Source: the human T2T-CHM13v2.0 reference genome, Homo sapiens. From it: a stretch of DNA of 64,000 nucleotides. The position numbers and the translations under genes are program-made. Location of the stretch: NCBI RefSeq assembly GCF_009914755.1, contig NC_060939.1. One strand, 5' to 3'. The notes beneath the pieces were generated by a model. That model did no database searches. It was not told where the DNA came from and was given only the letters and a program-made list of their open reading frames with translations. This document shows positions 55,358 through 64,000 of this stretch, one piece after another (position 1 is the first letter of the stretch; every line of letters begins with the position of its first letter).

Positions 55358-55629
55358 CATCTGTTTATGACACAGTACACAGGAGGCAAAGTGTTTCACA
55401 TCATAGACTTCACTTCCAACTCCTTGGAATGTTCATTTCTTTGGCTTACAGGAGAGACTAGACAGGAAGGCCAGGCAATGCTTAGGCAACTAAAATGAGG
55501 TTGGGGGTAATGCTAACGTCACCCTCACAGGGATGGCCACGGGGACTGTTATTCGCAAGCTGGTTTTCTAGACCTGTTAGCTGGAAGCATGGTGAGCACC
55601 ATTTCTGGACGCTCAGGCCGTGTCGGGCT

Positions 55630-55689
55630 TCAGTCATCTCCACCACACAGGTACAGCAGCGCTTTCTGGTAGTCGCCCTTAGTGTCTTG
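55630..55689 (-). CDS. ANXA2: ANXA2 terminal exon, coding part (QDTKGDYQKALLYLCGGDD-stop)
   Basis: Characteristic annexin C-terminus; ttgtag acceptor; TGA at 55632-55630. Confidence 0.97.
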   Translation of the reverse strand, partial: QDTKGDYQKALLYLCGGDD

Positions 55690-56462
55690 CTACAATGGCC
55701 CAGGAAAGAAAAGAAACGTGGTATCAGAAAAAAGCCCAGACTCCTCAATAACACAGAAGTAGCCTCAACGCACAATGAAGCTTCTCCCATGACAAAGAGA
55801 AGACTCTGCAGGAGACCTGCCCTGATACAAAGGCCTGGAAGGCCACACCCAAACCATTGCCAGGGAAGCCTCCAGGAGTGTGGTCGGAGGAGGTGCTGGG
55901 GAAGACACTCAAGGCTCCTTAGGACTGTGGGGTGGAGGGAGTGCAAGGTGCTGAGGATTGACATAGGTTAGTGACCAGGGCTGTTCTTACTGCAGCAAGG
56001 TCCTACAAACACCCTAACTTTCCTCTCTCGTCCTCGTCTTTCCACAGAAAACAGGGTACTTTCCTAGCTCACTCTCCTATTTCCTGCATTATTAAGGTCA
56101 AGTGGAAATAAGCTGGTGAGGTGAGGAACAATTACTAAGAGTCTAACTGGTCCTTTGACTTTAAACATGTGCCCTAATAAACCTGGCTACAAAAAATCCA
56201 GCTCTAACTTTATCCTTGCTAACCATGGGCATGCCTTTGGACATCTGAGGAACTTCTAGAAAGGGGAATTGCAAGGGCTGTCTGAAATCTACACAGTGGT
56301 ACCACTGTGAATGCCATCACTTCCTTACTGCAAATGCGACATCACATCAAAACAGACAGATGCTAAACTGATTGGAGAGATGGGAGTTCTGAATAACTGA
56401 AAGTTGTTAGGCCTATCCCAGAGGATTTTTCAAGGAACCAATGCATAATAAAAGTAAAATGT

Positions 56463-56761
56463 GGCCGGGCGCAGTGGCTCACGCCTGTCATCCCAGCACT
56501 TTGGGAGGCCGAGGCGGGCGGATCACGAGGTCAGGAGATCGAGACCATCCTGGCTAACACGGTGAAACCCTGTCTCTACTAAAAATACAAAAAAATTAGC
56601 CGGGTGTGGTGGCGGGCGCCTGTAGTCCTAGCTACTTGGGAGGCTGAGGCAGGAAAATGGTGTGAACCCAGAAGTCGGAGGTTGCAGTGAGCCGAGATTG
56701 TGGCCACTGCACTCCAGCCTGGGCGAGAGAGCAAGACTCCGTCTCAAAAAAAAAAAAAAAA
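56463..56761 (+). mobile_element. AluY in the last ANXA2 intron, antisense to the gene
   Basis: Near-consensus and CpG-rich; TSD aaaagtaaaatgt. Confidence 0.95.
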
Positions 56762-56825
56762 GTAAAATGTAACTGATCTTCCAAGCCTCTTCGGGATGTC
56801 AGCAAGCCTTGCAGGATCATCGTCA

Positions 56826-57587
<762 letters not shown>

Positions 57588-57695
57588 AGGGCACAGTGTA
57601 CACTGCCTGGGTGATAAGTACACCAAAATCTCAAAAATCACCACGAAAGAACTTATTCATGTAACCGAACACTACTTGTTTCCCAAAAACCTATA
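57588..57695 (+). mobile_element. Old L1 (L1PB/L1MA-type) 3' end fragment
   Basis: gtacactg..gggtgat..caccaaaatctca..aatcaccac..aagaacttattcatgtaacc resembles L1PB/MA 3'UTR. Confidence 0.75.
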
Positions 57696-57851
57696 AGAAA
57701 GGAAAGACAGAGAGAGAGAGGGAAAGACAGAGAGAGAGAGAGAAAGAAAGAGAGAAAGAAAGAAAAAGGGAAGGAAGGAAGGAGAGAGAAAGAGAGAAGA
57801 AAGGGAAAGGGAAAGGAAGGAAAGGGAGGGAGGGGAAGGAAAGGGAGGGAG
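57696..57851. repeat. GA-rich low-complexity tract leading into the VNTR
   Basis: (GA)n, (GAAA)n, (GGAA)n and (GGGA)n runs. Confidence 0.9.
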
Positions 57852-59327
57852 GTGAAGGCAGGGAGGCAGGGGAAGGCAAGGAGGCAGGAGAAGGCAGGGA
57901 GGCAGGGGAAGGCAGGGAGGCAGGGGAAGGCAGGGAGGCAGGGGAAGGCAGGGAGGGAGGGGAAGGCAGGGAGGCAGGGGAAGGCAGGGAGGGAGGGGAA
58001 GGCAGGGAGGCAGGGGAAGGCAGGGAGGGAGGGGAAGGCAGGGAGGCAGGGGAAGGCAGGGAGGGAGGGGAAGGCAGGGAGGGAGGGGAAGGCAGGGAGG
58101 GAGGGGAAGGCAGGGAGGGAGGGGAAGGCAGGGAGGGAGGGGAAGGCAGGGAGGGAGGGGAAGGCAGGGAGGGAGGGGAAGGCAGGGAGGGAGGGGAAGG
58201 CAGGGAGGGAGGGGAAGGCAGGGAGGCAGGGGAAGGCAGGGAGGCAGGGGAAGGCAGGGAGGGAGGGGAAGGCAGGGAGGCAGGGGAAGGCAGGGAGGGA
58301 GGGGAAGGCAGGGAGGGAGGGGAAGGCAGGGAGGGAGGGGAAGGCAGGGAGGGAGGGGAAGGCAGGGAGGGAGGGGAAGGCAGGGAGGGAGGGGAAGGCA
58401 GGGAGGGAGGGGAAGGCAGGGAGGGAGGGGAAGGCAGGGAGGGAGGGGAAGGCAGGGAGGGAGGGGAAGGCAGGGAGGGAGGGGAAGGCAGGGAGGGAGG
58501 GGAAGGCAGGGAGGGAGGGGAAGGCAGGGAGGGAGGGGAAGGCAGGGAGGGAGGGGAAGGCAGGGAGGGAGGGGAAGGCAGGGAGGCAGGGGAAGGCAGG
58601 GAGGGAGGGGAAGGCAGGGAGGGAGGGGAAGGCAGGGAGGGAGGGGAAGGCAGGGAGGGAGGGGAAGGCAGGGAGGGAGGGGAAGGCAGGGAGGCAGGGG
58701 AAGGCAGGGAGGCAGGGGAAGGCAGGGAGGGAGGGGAAGGCAGGGAGGCAGGGGAAGGCAGGGAGGGAGGGGAAGGCAGGGAGGCAGGGGAAGGCAGGGA
58801 GGGAGGGGAAGGCAGGGAGGCAGGGGAAGGCAGGGAGGGAGGGGAAGGCAGGGAGGCAGGGGAAGGCAGGGAGGCAGGGGAAGGCAGGGAGGGAGGGGAA
58901 GGCAGGGAGGCAGGGGAAGGCAGGGAGGGAGGGGAAGGCAGGGAGGGAGGGGAAGGCAGGGAGGGAGGGGAAGGCAGAGAGGGAGGGGAAGGCAGGGAGG
59001 CAGGGGAAGGCAGGGAGGCAGGGGAAGGCAGGGAGGCAGGGGAAGGCAGGGAGGCAGGGGAAGGCAGGGAGGCAGGGGAAGGCAGGGAGGCAGGGGAAGG
59101 CAGGGAGGCAGGGGAAGGCAGGGAGGCAGGGGAAGGCAGGGAGGGAGGGGAAGGCAGGGAGGCAGGGGAAGGCAGGGAGGGAGGGGAAGGCAGGGAGGCA
59201 GGGGAAGGCAGGGAGGGAGGGGAAGGCAGGGAGGGAGGGGAAGGCAGGGAGGGAGGGGAAGGCAGGGAGGGAGGGGAAGGCAGGGAGGGAGGGGAAGGCA
59301 GGGAGGCAGGGGAAGGCAGGGAGGGAG
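57852..59327. repeat. 18-bp VNTR, 82 units of GGGAAGGCAGGGAGG[C/G]AG, in an ANXA2 intron
   Basis: Directly visible; the + ORF gives 492 aa of 6-aa repeats = 82 units. Confidence 0.98.
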
Positions 59328-60329
59328 GGAGGAAAAAAGAAAGAAAAAAAAAGACAAGACAAGAAAAGAAAAGAAAGAAGAGCATCTGGGAATTCCAAAC
59401 ACACCAGGCTGTAGTCAGCACAGACTCCCACTCTATGCCACCATTCAATAAATATATACTGAGCACCTACTACTGCAAGGCTCAGTTCAAGCAGTCTGAG
59501 TCTCCATATGTAACAAGAGGTTCCTGACTCTTGCAGGCTTAGAGGGAACATGCCAACACATTTCTATCATCGCTCTGTGCCATTTCTAATGATATGTGCA
59601 ATAAAGACCACTGAGTTTACTTCCAGAGCATCAGAGCGAAGGCACCAAGGGGTGCTATTTGATATGGAACTCAAAGACAGATGGCAGAGGCAGCACAGAC
59701 AAGGGAGATGTTCCAGAAGGAAAATGCAAAAGCCTAGAAGCCAGAAAACACATGGCACACTTGAGGTGTAGAAAATGGGATGGGTCTACGGGAAGAGGTG
59801 GTTCGTTTAGGGAAGGGTTGTGGGGCTGTCTTTGGGGTCTGATAGACCCAGGTTCAAATCTGTCTGTGTAACTTCAAGCAGGCTGAGGTATTCTGAGCTC
59901 CATCTCTGCATTTATAAAGAAGATAATCATAAGCCTCAGAGGTTGTTATGCAATGATTTAAGGTAAAATAGTAGCACTTGTCCACTGTATAGTGGGTGCT
60001 TAATAATCGCTCCCTTCCTCGCTTGTCTTGACTCTGGCAGTAACAGGAAGAAATCACGGAGAAACCTAAGCAGGGATCAGACACGACTACCATGTCGCAT
60101 TTTCTCTCTCCCATGGCACTTTACTTTTTGTCTGTACGCAAATACATGTTCAAGCAGCTGAGAGAAAGAAGACAGATTTGTGGTTCTCTCAGCTGTCACA
60201 TACAACCACAGCTGACTAGTGTGTTCCTGCATCCACACAGTGGGGTCCCCTTCCTCCATCCATGAATCAAGGAGACTCAATTTGGGACCCAAAAGAAGAA
60301 AAGCTGAGTGTGGAAACACAGCTCTCTCA

Positions 60330-60503
<174 letters not shown>

Positions 60504-60875
60504 CTAATGCAATGGAAAAGGGCTGCAAAATAGGACAGGCTAAGGGAAATCTAGAAATCCTCTGCAATACTAAGTTCCACCACGGTTTTAAACCAGGGGT
60601 CTCTGAGGCCTGCAGAACCCAAGTGCATACGTGAGTTTCCACAACACACCCCTCTCTCCTCCTGTTCTCTTACTCCTCCCTGGCAACAATCTGTTACCAA
60701 GTTAGGCCTTTCTTCAGTTTTATATTCTGAAATCTATACAATTAAGACTGTAAAACTATCCAAAGCATGCATAGAAGCCACACCTCCCAAACACATTTGG
60801 ATTAACAGGATGGCCATCTGTCACTTCTGCTCTGGTAGCTGATGTCTACCAGGAATGGGGGCCACATTCACTTAC

Positions 60876-60971
60876 CCAGGTTCAGGAAAGCATTTTCCAG
60901 GTCTCCTTTAACCTCTTTCCTGATGCTTTCCAACATGTCATAAGGGCTGTAACTCTTGTACCTATCAAATA
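60876..60971 (-). CDS. ANXA2: ANXA2 coding exon (96 bp; [32 protein letters not shown])
   Basis: Manual translation; cctcag acceptor, gtaagt donor; phases consistent with neighbouring exons. Confidence 0.97.
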
Positions 60972-61415
60972 CTGAGGAAAAACAACAAAGAGTTATCAGA
61001 TCCGAGCCACTAGTCAAAGCTGTCAACGATCACCCACCTAGTTTTATGCACCATAATTTTTTTAAAAATTGAGGATGATCACAGCATCCTAGGAGCTTAG
61101 AGGTTACCACGGTGACCAGAGCCAACATTGGCCAAGTTTGTCGTGGAACAGCCATACCACCTGTCCTGAATGGCACTGCCCAGGCCACATATTTGGACCA
61201 TCTCTATCTCCCCTGAGTGGAACCCATTCCATCCGAAAACCATAGGAAACAGTACAGAGCATGCACCAAAGTCCACTACTTCAACAAATAATGGCAAGAC
61301 CAAATGATCATCAAACAAGAAGGAGCTGCAGAATAAAGCACCAAATGCAGAAACTATTTGCAAGAGAAAAGAATCCAGAATGGGAGAGAAAGGTGAGGGA
61401 AAATGGGTGAGCCTA

Positions 61416-61628
<213 letters not shown>

Positions 61629-62726
61629 CTACGAGTACAACCAACCAGGAAAAGTTAACTACACATCCAATGTAACGTCAAAAAAAATGTCATGCAAAAA
61701 AAACAAAAAAAGCTACACATTCAAAATGCCAAACGAGGAAAGATGATTATACTGCAGACATGGGCAGAGACCTACTATTTAGGTCAAAAGTCTTAATCAC
61801 AAGCAGTCTTCCTTAGGCACAGATGGATACCATATGAGACTGCAGATAGTTCGTGAGGTCTGCTGTACAATCTCCTTCCTTGAATAAGAAAGGAGGGACC
61901 AAGAGCTTGTATTCATATAAAGAAGAACAAGTAAATGTTCATTAACACATCTGGCCCTCCTCCCTTTGGGCACATTTAGGGGCAGATAAGCTAGCAGATG
62001 TTTACTGGACAGCTACAGACCAGGCTCTCATTCTCAAGCTTCTCAGAGACTCAGGGAGTGATGGAGCTGGAAAAGGAGCCCATCTCATCTCACTTTCAGT
62101 TTCTGGAAAATTTAGGGGCTACAAGTAGCCCTAACAATGGCAGGGAGGGCAAGAGGAAGAAAGGCTTATGCAAGGGTAGATATTCATTCCGTGATCTTCC
62201 ACCATCTAGGAACTGCAAAACCCAACTTCTATTACTTTATTTAAAACCCTTCTCTACTACCTGCTAGAAGTGCCGTGTGGAATATATTGAATTTTAAAAC
62301 TAACATTAATTTAAATTAATTTTTTTCTGCAGCTTTTATGACTTACTTTGAGATAATCGTTGTCCCTCTGAGTAAAGAATATAGTTCATTGCAGTCTGAA
62401 TAAGCTTAACAAATAGTTCTCAGAGATAATGGAACTAGAACTGGCAAAAGTCTTATTCAGCCAGAAAAGGACAGGTCTCTGCTGGCCTCCCTTTCTCCCC
62501 CACCACAACAGAGCAGTACACCATCCTGTCCCTGGCTGTGTCTCCTCCACCTTCTTCTGCTTCCCACCTGCCTGCCTGATTGGTATGCACAGCCACATTA
62601 CACTCTGCAGAAACTGATGCTTCCATACAAGCAAAGCCTGAGTGAGCATATGTGAGTCACGTATTGATTCTGTAAGTAACACCAGCATTATAAGAGAATG
62701 TCTTCTAATAAACATTGCTGTCAGAC

Positions 62727-63246
62727 TATGGTGGGTTTAAAATACGGCCAGAAATTCTTTGAGGTTCCTCCCTTCCAAAGGAAGAGCCTAATCCCCTCCC
62801 ACTGAGTGTGGGCTAGACTCAGTGACTCACTTTTAATGAAAAGAGTATGACAGCAGTGCAAGGTGGGACTCCTGAGGTTAGGTCATAAAAGACACTGTGG
62901 CTTCCTCTTTGCAGATTGCTTGCTCTGGGGAAAGCCGGCTGCCATGTTGTGAGGACGCTCAAACAACCCCATGGAGAGGCATATGTGGAGCGATTCTAAG
63001 GTCTCCTACCAACAGTCATGTGAAGTGCACCATCTTGGAAGCAGATTCCCTTGACCCAGTCAAGCCCTCAGGTGACTGCAGCCATGCAACATTTTGTCTG
63101 CAACCTCAGAAAAGACCCTGAGCCAGAACAATTGGGCTAATCTACTCCTCAATTCCTGACACACAGAAACTGAGAAATAATACATGTTTGTTGTTTTAAG
63201 CCACAGAGTTTGGGAGTCATTTGTCACACAGAGTTAAATTACTATA
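62727..63246 (+). mobile_element. MLT1-type MaLR LTR in an ANXA2 intron
   Basis: aaattctttga..cctcc, gccatgttgtgagga, catcttggaagcagat, gttgttttaagccac motifs. Confidence 0.7.
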
Positions 63247-63305
63247 TAGACTATCCAGAGACTTACCAGAAAACAAAAACTCAAAGCAAAAAGCTCAGCA
63301 CTTAC

Positions 63306-63365
63306 CCGAGCATCTTGGTCAATCAGTTCATAATCAATGACAGAGCCATCCTCTGCTCTTCTACC
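63306..63365 (-). CDS. ANXA2: ANXA2 coding exon (60 bp; GRRAEDGSVIDYELIDQDAR), exon 8 of the canonical 13-exon model
   Basis: Minus-strand translation matches annexin A2; ccatag acceptor and gtaag donor; phase 0/0. Confidence 0.97.
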
Positions 63366-63511
63366 CTATGGGGGAAAGAAAAAGAACTTCAAATACATTT
63401 CTTTGTGTATTTTAAAACTGAAAATGTTTTCTCCCCAGTCCATGTACGCCATTATTTAATTTCCTAAATAAGTAACCACGTAAGATTTTTCTTACTTTGA
63501 AACATAGATGG

Positions 63512-63815
63512 GGCCGGGCACGGTGGCTCACGCCTGTAATCCTAGGACTTTGGGAAGCCAAGGCGGGCAGATCACGAGGTCAGGAGATGGAGACCAACCT
63601 GGCTAACAAGGTGAAACCCTGTCTCTACTAAATTAGCCAGGCGTGGTGGCACATGCCTGTAGTCCCAGCTACTCGGGAGGCTGAGGCAGGAGAATCGCTT
63701 GAACCAGGTTGCTGTGATCTGAGATCACGCCACTGCACTCCAACCCTGGTGACAGAGTGAGACTCTGTCTCAAAAAAAAAAAAAAAAAGAAAGAAAGAAA
63801 AGAAAAAGAAAAAGA
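63512..63815 (+). mobile_element. Alu (Sc-like) with two small internal deletions
   Basis: A-rich linker is shortened and gggaggcgg is missing; TSD gaaac(a/c)taga. Confidence 0.9.
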
Positions 63816-64000
63816 AACCTAGACCAGCCAAGGAGTGGTAAAATCATTGAGCAAGGAAGTGGGGGCTGTGCCTTGCCATCAACAATCCCCCCCTTGATAC
63901 CCAGTCCTGGCCTACACACCTTACAGAATCCCTGTCCCCATCCCCCACAAAAAGCTGATGAGATTTAGCTCTTTCTCACAGAGAGCTTGCAATGCAGATG

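Larger units (their letters stand above)
55140..55629 (-). other. ANXA2: ANXA2 3'UTR (short and long forms); distal end approximate
   Basis: Follows the stop codon; poly(A) hexamers at 55352-55357, 55285-55290 and 55155-55170. Confidence 0.8.

Noticed and set aside
55482-55971. Overlapping 158-160 aa ORFs on both strands across the last exon
   Set aside because: No recognisable domains, and they cross the intron/exon boundary out of frame; likely chance
57852-59327. CRISPR-like array
   Set aside because: Head-to-tail units with no unique spacers, in a eukaryotic context
57653-59551. Four 520-632 aa ORFs as novel genes
   Set aside because: They result from an 18-bp repeat whose composition cannot produce stop codons; intronic, with no gene structure

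Overview
Primate (human-like) genomic DNA, rich in Alu, L1, MaLR/ERVL LTRs and hAT/Tigger DNA transposons. The only protein-coding gene is the 3' part of annexin A2 (ANXA2) on the minus strand: six exons (63365 to 55630) with canonical GT-AG sites, then a 3'UTR with proximal and distal poly(A) signals. The gene continues past the right edge. The first ~55 kb is gene-free 3' flank, with a full-length THE1A element, nested LTRs and two large L1PA pieces. The most unusual feature is a 1.48-kb, 82-unit, almost purely two-variant 18-bp minisatellite in an ANXA2 intron. It sits in the tail of an old L1 3' end, has a G4-prone strand, gives a CU-rich pre-mRNA and is open in all three sense frames. Other oddities: an exact 58-bp dispersed duplicate, a diverged local duplicate, a templated inversion inside an L1, an L1-5'UTR-like insert inside an Alu, and MER3-derived distal poly(A) signals. 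Repeat subfamily names come from recalled consensus sequences, not a search. I found no convincing novel gene system; the VNTR is the best candidate for an under-described regulatory element.
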